NCBI GenBank assembly: GCA_050287845.1
Contig: JBNKCR010000089.1
Span: 1 to 51,096, forward strand
DNA length: 51,096 nucleotides
Direction of reading: 5' to 3'
DNA from: Polyangia bacterium
GTDB taxonomy: Bacteria; Myxococcota_A; Polyangia; JAAYKL01
A program made the translations under genes and the position numbers. Positions within the stretch are counted from its first letter, which is position 1. Each line of letters opens with the position of its first letter. The notes beneath the pieces were generated by a model. The model was not told the DNA's origin, did no database searches, and worked only from the letters and a program-made list of their open reading frames with translations. Positions 33,516 to 46,648 of the stretch are shown in pieces.

Positions 33516-34508
33516 TTACCCGATGTCTTCTATGACAACATAGGCCATAGTTTGGTTCAGCAACTGATAAGCGACTTCGCCGAAGGTGATTGGGCCGGTA
33601 ATGCCCTGTAATGTTTTGCCCTGCAAGTCGGCGTACAAATAGTTCAGGATACAGTTGCAAGAGAAAAATATTGCGTCTCCCAGGTTTGTTGGAACCATCG
33701 CTTCAAAATCGGTGATGTAATTTTCAACCGGTTTGGCAATTTTATAATCAATCCCGGCAAAAACCGGAGCGTAGAAATCTACCTTTTTCTCGTCCGAATC
33801 TACTTTCTGGAAGCTGGTATTAATCATTGCCCCGTACATATCGGCCACTAACGGTAATTTTGTATCGATATTATTTTGCTGGAGGTATGTGGCAAAATCC
33901 ACATTTGTGCCATTGATATTAGCCTCTTTAGCATGAAACCCATCTGCCGGGAAAGTAATGGTATCTCCCTCGCCCTGTTGAAAAATATTTACAATCTGTA
34001 TGTCAGCCACTTTGTGCCGAGGCAATTCAATATGAAACACAACCGCTTTGTTCCCATGGCCTGCGCCGGCAGTTCCGTCAAACGTTTTGGGCGTGGCCTG
34101 ACCCATTTCGTCAAGTGAGATGCCGGATATCCATCCAACGAGAGGTGAGGTGGCAAATCCTTCATACATCGGTGAATTCAGAGCGAATGAGGCGTGGATA
34201 TCACTGAAGGCAGGTAAAATGATGATGCTAAAGCCATTCGCCGGGGCGTCTATATAAAGTTGAGGGATTGTTTCGATATCATAGGCTTTTGTAACAACAT
34301 TCGTCACATAGTCCGGTATCTGGGTTACATAGACTTTTTCCTGAGTGAACACCCCTCCGTCATTGGCCATAAAATAGGGGATCGTCCCGCCTATCCAATT
34401 ACCCGCCGGCAGCTTACTCAGAATCTTCTCGTCGCCGGCCAAAACCAGTTTGTCTCCACTACGGATAAATTTTTCTACAGTAGCCACATCAAACATTACC
34501 TGATTCAT
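33516..34508 (-). CDS. DUF6976-like (FIST-fold-related) protein
   Basis: LAGDE..L..LP.GNWIGGTIPYFM; FSCNCILNYLY; GPITFGEVAYQLLNQT. Confidence 0.75.
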   Translation of the reverse strand: MNQVMFDVATVEKFIRSGDKLVLAGDEKILSKLPAGNWIGGTIPYFMANDGGVFTQEKVYVTQIPDYVTNVVTKAYDIETIPQLYIDAPANGFSIIILPAFSDIHASFALNSPMYEGFATSPLVGWISGISLDEMGQATPKTFDGTAGAGHGNKAVVFHIELPRHKVADIQIVNIFQQGEGDTITFPADGFHAKEANINGTNVDFATYLQQNNIDTKLPLVADMYGAMINTSFQKVDSDEKKVDFYAPVFAGIDYKIAKPVENYITDFEAMVPTNLGDAIFFSCNCILNYLYADLQGKTLQGITGPITFGEVAYQLLNQTMAYVVIEDIG

Positions 34509-34753
34509 GATATCACCTCTTTGCCGAAAACCTTCTTCAGGTCGGTTTGTACTTTAGGTAGGTGCAAATTCTTCTCAAAAAACGTCCGTAATTCATGAAC
34601 ATATTTATTTACCTCTTGAGGGGATTGGCATTTTCGGTAGCGCATACGCAACCGGCCAAGAATGATTTTGGTCCCCAAAAACTCAAACTGATGTTGACTT
34701 TCACCGGATATCAGTTCTTCCCAGATTGGGTTTTGTTCAGTGGGTATCTGCAT
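34505..34753 (-). CDS. Small hypothetical protein translationally coupled to the DUF6976-like gene
   Basis: RBS GGAGC; stop/start overlap ATGA; FEFLGTKIILGRL. Confidence 0.7.
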   Translation of the reverse strand: MQIPTEQNPIWEELISGESQHQFEFLGTKIILGRLRMRYRKCQSPQEVNKYVHELRTFFEKNLHLPKVQTDLKKVFGKEVIS

Positions 34754-35612
34754 ATTTTGCTCCTTCCAAATCTAGTCCGGGTCAGGAATAAAATTGTAAT
34801 GGCCGGTTTAATAACTGCCTGAAAACAACCACCGGATTCAGAGCAGAAAAGCTGTCGGCAATCCCATGTTAAAAACGGACGGCGAACTTACCCCTCGCTC
34901 TAAAACTGTCTCGTAAGTCGTAAATTACATTATCGGCAGATTTGTTGTAATCTTTACCCGGTGCCGGTAACTAAAGCGGTATAAGCATAAATATTTTAAC
35001 GCATTTGCCGACTTTTAATCGGTAGAAAATCAATTCAACCGAACAATACACATCAAATACGGATATTCAGTTTATACTATTTGGCGATAGTATTTGCCAA
35101 CGGATATCCTTTGAATTGGGCCTTGATTTCGCCAGCAACATCGACTTCCGGCAGACGGTCTGTAGACAGAGTAGACGGCAGATTGCCGCAGTGGATTAAC
35201 GCATGTGTTTCATGCCAATGTGGTGGAACACGTGATTCGGAACGCCAAACGAAACGGGTTGAGTTTCTACGTGCCGTCCGGATATTCGGGGGTAAATTTG
35301 CGGCGAATTCACTTGCTGCGAATGCGCACCGCCCCCTTTTTTGAATGAATCCTGTGACGATATTCTGGCATCCCCCCCATTCCTTTCCCCGACGCCGGCA
35401 GTTGGCTTTCTGTCTTCCACCTGATTCGTGGAATGCTTGTGGCTTTTTATTGAAACTGTTGAAATCATTTTGTTGTCCAATACCCGCAGGTGTCATTCCG
35501 AGCATCGGCATACGATTGCAGTGCGTCCTGGGTTGGACAAGCACTATAAGAAAGTGATATACGAGTTTCAATTTTGCTTAGAGAGCTGTAAATCGAATGG
35601 TGACAATCAGTT

Positions 35613-37877
35613 ATGAAAAATAAAAAACAAAACGATACAGAACCTTCCAAACCGCCTTCCATATCGCCATCCGGTATGCCCTCCGGTTCGGATGATGCGC
35701 TGGACAATGAACTGCAATCGGCAACGGCGGGGGACGATGCCATTGACGAGGAACTGCTGGCCCTGTCTCCGCCGCCCCCCAGTCTTCAGCAGGCGATTTT
35801 CATTGTGATGATTATCGGTTTCTCCCTTGTTCTGTTGTACCTCTTCTGGCCGGAAATGCGTTATTTCCTCAAAGGATTTGCCGACCCGGTTCCCCTGGGC
35901 GAAGCAGCGGATTTGCAGAGCAAAGCCCTTGAATCGGACAGTTTTGTGAAGGTCGATGGGGTACCGCTTGTGAATCGGACCGTGACATTCAGTACTGGCA
36001 CCAAATGGTTTTCAGGTGATATCTTTCGAAAAATGGCACCCATCAGCGGCAACCCCAATTTATTGGTGCAATGGCATACCCCCAATCCGGAAATCAAGCA
36101 GGACAAAGATGCACTCACCCCACCGGCATCGTTTGCCGGACGGTTGAAGCGCCGGGAAGATTTGTCCGAAAATTACAATAAATTCTGGCCGTTTTACGAT
36201 TGTCTTAAAGTTCACAACACCAGCCAGTGCAAGTTCTGCATTGGCAAAAGCAACATGGATGAGTGTCGTCCCATCTTTACCTGTGTCGACAACTATCCCA
36301 TCGAACTGTGCGATCAGACCGCCTTCAACACCAGAGAAGAGCTCGAAAAGAAGGTGGCCAGACTTAAATCCGAGGCCCGGTCCGGCACTTCTGAAGCCGT
36401 TGCCCGGGAGTTGGCGCAGGATGAACGCGCCCTTGCTGCCGTTGAAAATATCAACATCCTGAGTGAGCTGGTGGTTCTCGAAGAATTGTTTGACCGGCTG
36501 AGTCTGCTGGCGGTTCCGAAGGAACGCAGTGGGGAAGTTCTGGCCCTGAAAACAGAGCTGTTTATGCAACAGATGAACGCCCTTGAAATTCTGCTTCGGA
36601 CGCCCATTGAAAAAATCGCGTCACTCAGTGGCGCCCTTCAGCAGAAACTGCGTTGGGAAAAAGCAAATCTGGAAAAAGTTGAAGTCGAACTTGCGGACCT
36701 TTCCAGACAGGAGCAGGCCCTGGGCCCACTTCTCGATGTCAGCACGGAGGTGGCCGAGTTTGTTGCCCTGGTTCGCGAGCAGCAGCGGAAACTGCGCCGC
36801 ATTGACCAGTCCACCGACCCCCTTGCGGACTGGAAACTGGACGGCAACGAAACCGGATTGGTGCTGCTCAACAGAGTTCGGGATTTGAGCGCCACGCTTT
36901 CAGAAATGAAGTTGTCCTCCAGGAACGCTGAAGAAGAGACTCCCCCCATCGCCGAAGACACCGAAAGTGCCGATGCGTCGGCCGCCACAACCGATACCGA
37001 CGCCGCACCACAGACCGATACCGCCGAAAAAAGCGCTTCCGAAGCGGCCACAGCGCAGAATTCCTCAGCAGAAACGAACGATGCGCAGGACGTTTCATCC
37101 CCCCCGATTCCCCGGACGCCCGTTGGCGAGCAGACAGAGAACGGTCTTGCCCCTCTGGAAGACCCGGTATTGAACGCCATTGATACGCAACTCAACCAGG
37201 CGGTATCGCGGGTGGCGGAAATCGGACGCAAGCTGATTCGGTTAAGCCCCGGGGAATCCCCTGCGCTCGATAAATGGGCGCGGAGCACCGATATTGTGGG
37301 GTCGCTGCCCAAACCCTTGCGAGCCGACCACGTGTTCAAGGCCTTTGAGCAATTGAAGGAGATGCTGGCCAATGTGGAACCGGCGTCAGAACAGTCTCTC
37401 AAGGCCCGCTACCACAGTCTCCTTGATATCAAAAAGGAAAAGCAGGCATTGCAGAAAAAACTTTCCGCCACCAGCGGCCTTGCGGAATTGGAACTGGTTG
37501 ACAAATGGGAGGCGCTGAAAAAAAGCGCCGGCAACCTCCACAGCGAGCCGGCGTTGAAGGCGGCGGTGACCCGGCTTCATGAGTTACGTGGAATGTATGC
37601 CCGGAAAGAATTCTATCCCCGGGATTTGAGCAATTATCCCGAAGTACAGAAAGCTCTCCATACCCTGCTCAGCGACGCGGACCTGCCGTCACTCACCGCC
37701 CGGGTGACCGCACTGGAATCCGAATTCGACTCCCCCATGTACATCTTACTGGACGATGAAAAACCCACCGACAACCCATGGATACTGTTTGTGTACATTG
37801 TTGTGCCCCTGATGCTGGTGATCAATGTTCGCAAGCTGCTGCGCTTCATTGCCGACTGGAGGCAATTCGGCCTGTGA
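35613..37877 (+). CDS. Hypothetical two-TM membrane protein with a large Cys-containing, coiled-coil loop
   Basis: 754-aa ORF with TM near each end; overlaps the next start (GTGA). Confidence 0.75.
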   Translation: MKNKKQNDTEPSKPPSISPSGMPSGSDDALDNELQSATAGDDAIDEELLALSPPPPSLQQAIFIVMIIGFSLVLLYLFWPEMRYFLKGFADPVPLGEAADLQSKALESDSFVKVDGVPLVNRTVTFSTGTKWFSGDIFRKMAPISGNPNLLVQWHTPNPEIKQDKDALTPPASFAGRLKRREDLSENYNKFWPFYDCLKVHNTSQCKFCIGKSNMDECRPIFTCVDNYPIELCDQTAFNTREELEKKVARLKSEARSGTSEAVARELAQDERALAAVENINILSELVVLEELFDRLSLLAVPKERSGEVLALKTELFMQQMNALEILLRTPIEKIASLSGALQQKLRWEKANLEKVEVELADLSRQEQALGPLLDVSTEVAEFVALVREQQRKLRRIDQSTDPLADWKLDGNETGLVLLNRVRDLSATLSEMKLSSRNAEEETPPIAEDTESADASAATTDTDAAPQTDTAEKSASEAATAQNSSAETNDAQDVSSPPIPRTPVGEQTENGLAPLEDPVLNAIDTQLNQAVSRVAEIGRKLIRLSPGESPALDKWARSTDIVGSLPKPLRADHVFKAFEQLKEMLANVEPASEQSLKARYHSLLDIKKEKQALQKKLSATSGLAELELVDKWEALKKSAGNLHSEPALKAAVTRLHELRGMYARKEFYPRDLSNYPEVQKALHTLLSDADLPSLTARVTALESEFDSPMYILLDDEKPTDNPWILFVYIVVPLMLVINVRKLLRFIADWRQFGL

Positions 37878-38986
37878 ACAGTTCTGCCAAATTTGTATTT
37901 AACCGATTTCAGTTTAATCTGGTTCCTGCCCTGTTCGTGCTCGTGATTACATATGCGCTGGAATTGCTGATGTATCGTCTTCTTGGAAACCTGGGGTTCT
38001 ATATCGGCGTCGGCACGGAGGGGGCGCGGGCGACCATGGCGGATTTCAGCATTTTTCTCATGCTGTTTTCCGGTGCGCTGTCCTCCATCCTGCTGTTCTG
38101 GGCGGTGGCGCGAACCATCAATCACCCGAACATGCCGGGAATCTGGTGGCGCGCCATACTGATTTTCATTTCACCGCTGTACCTGCTGTCCATTTTCTGG
38201 TCCATCTGGACCCCTCTTTCAAATTGGATTCTGATGGCGTCGCTTGTCGCTGCAGCGGTCACGGTGGTGCTGGTATGCATCATCAGTCTGATCAGGTATG
38301 TGCCATTCGGGGTACGCCGTTTATTCGGGGTCATCGCCCTCATTTTCCTGGTCTCCACCATCAAGTGGATTGCCCTCGACTTCTATCATCTGGAGCCGGG
38401 AAACAAATGGGGTGTGTTTCTGTTGAACGCCTTTGAAGTGGCGCAGTTTTTTATGGTGCTACTGCCATTTTTTGCGTTTTTTCTGTTTGCCGCCGGGCCG
38501 GGAAGATCATGGCTCGATGTCATCATTCGAAAGCCGAGTCTGCCCGCCCTGATCATTTCTCTGCTGGCAACCGTGACCGCCATGTTCGTGATGGTGATCA
38601 TTCAGCGAATCACCGGGGAAGGTAACTGGATGGAAGCCGGACAATTTGTGGCCCGGGTCGCCTACCGCACCATCGGATTGAAACTCGCCTGGCCATTCGC
38701 TTCACTGATGACAGGGCTTTCTCTGTTTTTCCTGGGAATGACCAGCCTGACCCTGATTTTCAGACATCGCGCGCCCCTGGCCCGGGCTCGGAGCACCGAA
38801 GGAAACCGGAAAATCGGTTTTGGATTGCTGCTGCTGTATCTCTCCGGCATCCAGCCGTACACGGTGTATCAGCTCTCCGCATCGTTGCTTGGTGTGTTGC
38901 TCATCGTGATTGGAGTGGCCGATGCCTATCCCGGACACGAAGCGCCGCCCACATTAAAAGAACTTCAAAACGAACTCGATGGATAA
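37874..38986 (+). CDS. Hypothetical polytopic membrane protein
   Basis: About 10-11 hydrophobic segments; GTG start overlaps the upstream stop. Confidence 0.7.
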   Translation: MNSSAKFVFNRFQFNLVPALFVLVITYALELLMYRLLGNLGFYIGVGTEGARATMADFSIFLMLFSGALSSILLFWAVARTINHPNMPGIWWRAILIFISPLYLLSIFWSIWTPLSNWILMASLVAAAVTVVLVCIISLIRYVPFGVRRLFGVIALIFLVSTIKWIALDFYHLEPGNKWGVFLLNAFEVAQFFMVLLPFFAFFLFAAGPGRSWLDVIIRKPSLPALIISLLATVTAMFVMVIIQRITGEGNWMEAGQFVARVAYRTIGLKLAWPFASLMTGLSLFFLGMTSLTLIFRHRAPLARARSTEGNRKIGFGLLLLYLSGIQPYTVYQLSASLLGVLLIVIGVADAYPGHEAPPTLKELQNELDG

Positions 38987-39138
38987 CCGGAACGCCCCGC
39001 TTTCAGCTAGTTTCGAAAAAAATATAGAAATCCCGGAATCCCCTCGCCGGTTTTTTTTCAATCTGATTGGAACAGGGACAAATCAAGTTGGCAGGTGATG
39101 ATTCTTTGGCCGACAGCCCGTTGCCCTGGTGGACTGTT

Positions 39139-40044
39139 TTATGGGAAGGCCGGTGAAGTTGTTGAGTCACCTGGCCTTGCGGCAATGAAATAGCTTCCCA
39201 ATTGAATCATGGTGAACAGACAGTATCCCATAAACAGGTGCCAGATGCCGTGCAGGCTCAGATATCCCAGTGCCGGGGTCTTGCAGGAGCAGACAAATTT
39301 ATCGAGGCTCCAGGCTGCGTAGGCCAGCACACAGCTGCCAATGGCCATCCATACCAGACGGAAAATCGGGTTGTCGGCAGTGAGGGATATCCACTTTTTC
39401 CGCTGAGTCCAGATAGCAATAAGGAGCCCGAATATGAGCAGCCACAGTAAATCAAAACTCAGCCAGGCCACCCATGGACTGGGGCTGCTTTCACCGGCCA
39501 CGTGAACCACCGCGCCATAGAGGGTGAAGACAACGATGGTGATGTTCTGCAAAATGCCAACGGGCGTTCCCGGTAACGATGTCTGTGGTCGACGGGCGAC
39601 GCCAAGGGCGCTGACCAGCAGAACAATGATGAACGACTGGAGATATCCCAGCACCACATCCATCATGCGATAAAACCCGTTTTCCAGGGTGATGTGATAC
39701 GCGGCAGCAAAAAGGCCGTATGCCACGAGCAACGCATAGAGCAGCTGAACAAAGCGCGAGCTGCTTTTTGACCGGAACAGGCCGAACAGCCCCAGTACCA
39801 GGGTGGAAAGGGCAAAGAGCACATTGACCGGTTCGGCAATGGGGCCAGTGGTGCCAAACACCTGTTTTTCGCAGAATCCCGATTCCGGCGACAGTGTGTC
39901 AAAACTGTAGTACGGCAGTGTGGCCGAAGGCGCCGTCCGGGTCTCGACCGCTTCGGTACACGGTTTGGGGGTGCATCCGAAGGTAGTGGCAGCGCTGGCC
40001 AGAAGGATGGATGCCGCCATTGGAATGTGGAGAGATTTCATCAT
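39139..40044 (-). CDS. Alkaline-ceramidase-like (CREST superfamily) 7TM hydrolase
   Basis: FCE...IAEPVN, YH, MMD, LDKF.C and LHGIWH metal-ligand pattern. Confidence 0.75.
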   Translation of the reverse strand: MMKSLHIPMAASILLASAATTFGCTPKPCTEAVETRTAPSATLPYYSFDTLSPESGFCEKQVFGTTGPIAEPVNVLFALSTLVLGLFGLFRSKSSSRFVQLLYALLVAYGLFAAAYHITLENGFYRMMDVVLGYLQSFIIVLLVSALGVARRPQTSLPGTPVGILQNITIVVFTLYGAVVHVAGESSPSPWVAWLSFDLLWLLIFGLLIAIWTQRKKWISLTADNPIFRLVWMAIGSCVLAYAAWSLDKFVCSCKTPALGYLSLHGIWHLFMGYCLFTMIQLGSYFIAARPGDSTTSPAFP

Positions 40045-40067
40045 GGGTGTCCCTTCAGGTTGCGTGA

Positions 40068-42497
<2,430 letters not shown>

Positions 42498-42538
42498 TTT
42501 GAAAATCGGCATTCATCCATTGACCGCCTGCAAATCGT

Positions 42539-42865
42539 TCAATCCTCATCCATGAGTTCGGTGATTTGCTCCCAGCTTTCGGGATCGTTGTTCCGCAGTT
42601 TCTGAAGCAATCGATAGTGATACACAATCAGCGACAAATCCACCGGCTTCAATTCACTGGCGCGGGTTTCGACTGTGCGGGTGATGAAGTTGACAATATC
42701 GTTCCGGGTGGCAGATAAAAAATTGGGGACATCAATGGTCAGCAGGGGAAAGTAGTTGTACCCTTCGAGCTCTTTTCGGGTGGATTCAATGGTATCGACG
42801 CCCGGGTCCTTTGGCAATTCGGTGAGTTCCCGGACCAGTTCTCTGACAAAATTTGAATCAATCAT
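42539..42865 (-). CDS. Hypothetical protein (108 aa)
   Basis: RBS AGGAGG before ATG 42865; plausible helical protein. Confidence 0.65.
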   Translation of the reverse strand: MIDSNFVRELVRELTELPKDPGVDTIESTRKELEGYNYFPLLTIDVPNFLSATRNDIVNFITRTVETRASELKPVDLSLIVYHYRLLQKLRNNDPESWEQITELMDED

Positions 42866-43237
42866 TTTTGCCTCCTGTCGCTCCCGGGCGCAGCCCCGGT
42901 TGCACCAGATATGAAAAACGCCTGCATCCGCCCTTTCGGCCAGAATCCGGTATTCTCCTGGTGTCGTTCTTTCAGTAAATGTACGACCGCACAGCGGATT
43001 TGCAACCCGTCCACATGAGGGGAACGAGTCACCCGGAAAGACATCACTGCGAATCGGACAGAATGCGTTCCTTCCTTGACTTTGCATGTCCTCATTCTTA
43101 AATAGGGCGGCATAAAGAGAGTGATGAAACCGCAAATCGACAGTGGTTGATGACCTGTTCAGCCGGCTTTGGTGAACCGCACTTATGAGCTGTCGCGACG
43201 ACACATTTGTGCGTCTATTGAATAAGGAGTCCATAAA

Positions 43238-44290
43238 ATGCAATACAGAATATTAGGGCGCACGGGCCTTCGCGTGGCGGAACTCTGTCTTGGAACCATG
43301 ACGTTCGGCGAAGAGTGGGGATTTGGCGCTGCCAGGGAGGAGTGCGTAAAAATATTTGATGCCTACGTAAAGGCGGGTGGCAATTTTATAGATACCGCCA
43401 ATCACTATACAGACGGCACCAGCGAAAAAATGGTGGGGGAGTTCATTCATGCCGACCGCGAACGATTTGTTGTTGCCACTAAATATACTTTGGGACATCC
43501 GAATGGTGACCCCAACGCTGCGGGCAATCACCGCAAGAGCATGATGCAATCGCTGAACGCGAGTCTCAAACGCCTGAACACCGACTACATTGATTTATAT
43601 TGGGTTCACGCGTGGGATGGCATCACGCCCATTGATGAGCTCATGCGCGCCCTGGACGATATGGTTCGCGCCGGCAAAGTCCTTTACGTGGGTATCTCCG
43701 ATGCGCCGGCATGGGTGGTTGCCAGAGCCAACACGATAGCGGACTTTCACGGATGGACGCCGTTTTCGGCCATTCAGGTACAATACAGTCTGATTGAGCG
43801 TGCGGTGGAACGGGAGTTGTTGCCAATGGCCCACGCACTTGATTTGGCGGTCGCCGCATGGTCGCCTCTGGGAGGAGGCGTACTCAGCGGAAAATACGGT
43901 AAAGGCACCAGCCCATCGACGGAAGCGGTACGATTTACGGATAGCCCATTGACCCCGGCGTTTGTCAACCAGCGCACCCTGGCTATTACGACGGAGGTGC
44001 AGGCCGTGGCAGATGAGATTGGTAAATCACCTGTTCAGGTGGCGCTCGCGTGGCTGCGGCAATGCCGGGGTGCTGTAATTCCGATTATCGGCGCCCGAAA
44101 ACTGTCTCAGGTGACCGATAGTCTTGGCTGTACAGAGTGGGCGCTTTTACCGCCCCAGCTGGAACGCCTCAATCACGCCAGTCGAATTGAATTGGGTTTT
44201 CCCCACGATTTTTTAGCATCCCCGTTTGTTCGCGAAGCTGTCCACGCCGGGATGTTTGACTCGGTCATCAACCATCGGGACTGCGGATGA
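43238..44290 (+). CDS. Aldo/keto reductase
   Basis: LGRTGLRV..LCLGTMTFG, GGNFIDTANHY, ATKY, DYIDLYWVH, WSPLGGG. Confidence 0.96.
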   Translation: MQYRILGRTGLRVAELCLGTMTFGEEWGFGAAREECVKIFDAYVKAGGNFIDTANHYTDGTSEKMVGEFIHADRERFVVATKYTLGHPNGDPNAAGNHRKSMMQSLNASLKRLNTDYIDLYWVHAWDGITPIDELMRALDDMVRAGKVLYVGISDAPAWVVARANTIADFHGWTPFSAIQVQYSLIERAVERELLPMAHALDLAVAAWSPLGGGVLSGKYGKGTSPSTEAVRFTDSPLTPAFVNQRTLAITTEVQAVADEIGKSPVQVALAWLRQCRGAVIPIIGARKLSQVTDSLGCTEWALLPPQLERLNHASRIELGFPHDFLASPFVREAVHAGMFDSVINHRDCG

Positions 44291-44535
44291 ATCCGGCATC
44301 AAATCGGGAAGCACCGTGACTGCTTGTGGCGATTGCCCCGGTTGTGGCGATTGTGCCCATTTACTGTACGTCCGCGCCGGAAATTTCCAGTCCGGTTCCA
44401 CCTTCCGGGATGTCCTTTCTTTTAAACATCGGTGAACCGGTTGTTCCGGCAAAAATATGAGTACTTCGTGCACATTTTTGTCGGTTTTCTGATAAGCTGA
44501 TGCGCCCGCTTTTTATTTGATGCGGCTTAGAAAGG

Positions 44536-46635
44536 ATGCTTATCATGCGCTTACTCGTGCACCGGCGATTTATCCGGGCGTTGCATTTCAGTGTGTTTCC
44601 AATGCTGTTTCTGGCCTGCTCAGACCCCCGCGCTATCACCGATCTGCAAGCCATCGGCGATACAGATACAGATACAGATACAGATACGGATACGGATACG
44701 GATATGGATACGGATGGTGATACCGACGCCGACACCGATGCAGATACTGATGCAGATACAGACGCGGACACCGACACCGATGCCGATACCGACTCCGCTT
44801 CGGATACTGAGGACAGCGAATCGGAAATTGTTGTGGAAGAGGACACCGAAGCGCCGATTATTGCCGAGAAAGTCAATGAGCTGCTGGGGAAGATGAGCCT
44901 GGAGCAGAAGGTTGGGCAGATGGTTCAGAGTTCCACCGGCAGTGCGTCTCCGGACGACGTGAGCTGGTGGATGCTGGGGTCGGTGCTGGCCGGTGGCAAT
45001 GACGGTCCGTATTCGGGCGTGGATGGATTGTCGGAGTTTGCCCCCCGGAGCTGGGCGGCGTTTACTGACAGCTACCAGGACGCTGCCATGAGCAGCGGCG
45101 CCAATATTCCCATTCTGTTCGGCATTGATGCGGTGCATGGGCACGCCAAGATGCAGGGCGCCACCATTATTCCCCACAATATCGGCCTTGGCGCCACCCG
45201 GGATCCGGAGTTGGTGGAGCAGCTTGGGGCCCTCACCGCAAAAGAAATGGCGGCCACCGGATGCCACTGGACCTTTGCCCCCACCCTGGCGGTGGTGAGA
45301 GATGACCGTTGGGGCCGTTCCTATGAATCCTTTGGCGAACATCCGGAACTGGCCACCATGATGACAGCGTACATCTCCGGTCTGCAGGGCGCCCTGGGCG
45401 ATGCGGACACCGTATTGGCCACGGCCAAACATTTTGTCGGTGATGGCGGTACCGTGTGGGGAACCAGTGCCCTGTCGTCGGGAAACGATCAGGGCGATGC
45501 GGTGATGGATGAGGATACGTTTCGGGCCATTCACCTGAAGCCCTATTACAGTGCCATTGCTCGCCGGGTGGGCAGTGTGATGCCCTCATACAGCAGTTTC
45601 AACGGCGAGAAGATGCATGGCAGCCGATACTGGATTACCGATGTACTCAAAGGAGAGCTCGGGTTTGACGGGTTTGTGATTTCGGACTGGGACGCGTTCT
45701 TTCAGCTGGAAGCGCCCGGCGATGAGCTTTCTTATAATGACGTAGTCACATCAGCGAACGCCGGCATCGACATGTTCATGGCCTCATCTGCCTACCCGGA
45801 AGTCATTGGCTTTCTGATTGATGCCGTCAACAGCAACGACGTGTCCATGGATCGGATTGACGACGCGGTGCGCCGCATTCTGACGATAAAGCACCGCATG
45901 CATCTGTTTGATCATCCCCGTTCCCAATCCCAGTACCTCGGTGACATCTATTCCACCGGGCACCGGGCGCTGGCCAGACAGGCGGTGCGGGAATCCCTGG
46001 TGCTCCTGAAAAACGAAGACAGTCTGCTGCCCCTCTCGCCGGACGCCACCGTGTGTCTCAACGGCAGCGGCGCCGACAATATGGCGGCCCAGACCGGTGG
46101 ATGGACCCTGGGGTGGACGGAACCCCTCATGGAGGTGCAGGGCGTCACCATCTCCGAAGCCCTCAACGATTACCTTCAGGATAAATCCGGAAGCGTGGTG
46201 GACAGCGGATGTGATGTGGGCATCCGGGTGGTGACAGAGATGCCGGCCACCTATGCGGAATACTACGGCGACGCCGCCGATCCGGTACACGACGATTCCG
46301 GCAGCTGCGATGCGGTATCTGGCTGCGTGGTGGTGGTGCTTGGGGGGCGGCCTCTGGATATTGAAGGATTAATCAGCGACAGCGCCAGCAAGGCGGTGGT
46401 CATGGGCTGGTATCCGGGCAGCGAAGGGGGCAGTGGCATTATCGATGCGCTGTACGGCGTGGACGGCGCCACTTTTACGGGCAAACTGCCGGTGACGTGG
46501 AAAATCGACACCTGGGATTCGCCCATGAATTATTGCGAGGGGGACCAGTGTGGCGACATCGGTGATCATTATTCGGATGCCGCCAATCCTTCGGACGGGG
46601 TCCTGTTCCCCTATGGTTTTGGCCTATCATACTGA
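44536..46635 (+). CDS. GH3 beta-glucosidase / exo-glucanase lipoprotein, copy 1, with (DT/DA)n stalk
   Basis: Lipobox [45 protein letters not shown]. Start uncertain. Confidence 0.93.
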   Translation: MLIMRLLVHRRFIRALHFSVFPMLFLACSDPRAITDLQAIGDTDTDTDTDTDTDTDMDTDGDTDADTDADTDADTDADTDTDADTDSASDTEDSESEIVVEEDTEAPIIAEKVNELLGKMSLEQKVGQMVQSSTGSASPDDVSWWMLGSVLAGGNDGPYSGVDGLSEFAPRSWAAFTDSYQDAAMSSGANIPILFGIDAVHGHAKMQGATIIPHNIGLGATRDPELVEQLGALTAKEMAATGCHWTFAPTLAVVRDDRWGRSYESFGEHPELATMMTAYISGLQGALGDADTVLATAKHFVGDGGTVWGTSALSSGNDQGDAVMDEDTFRAIHLKPYYSAIARRVGSVMPSYSSFNGEKMHGSRYWITDVLKGELGFDGFVISDWDAFFQLEAPGDELSYNDVVTSANAGIDMFMASSAYPEVIGFLIDAVNSNDVSMDRIDDAVRRILTIKHRMHLFDHPRSQSQYLGDIYSTGHRALARQAVRESLVLLKNEDSLLPLSPDATVCLNGSGADNMAAQTGGWTLGWTEPLMEVQGVTISEALNDYLQDKSGSVVDSGCDVGIRVVTEMPATYAEYYGDAADPVHDDSGSCDAVSGCVVVVLGGRPLDIEGLISDSASKAVVMGWYPGSEGGSGIIDALYGVDGATFTGKLPVTWKIDTWDSPMNYCEGDQCGDIGDHYSDAANPSDGVLFPYGFGLSY

Positions 46636-46648
46636 AAGGAATTTTTAA

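Noticed and set aside
35390..35470. c-di-GMP-I riboswitch on the minus strand (AGCCAACTGCCG)
   Set aside because: The P1 GGCAAA..GAAA..GACGC elements are absent.
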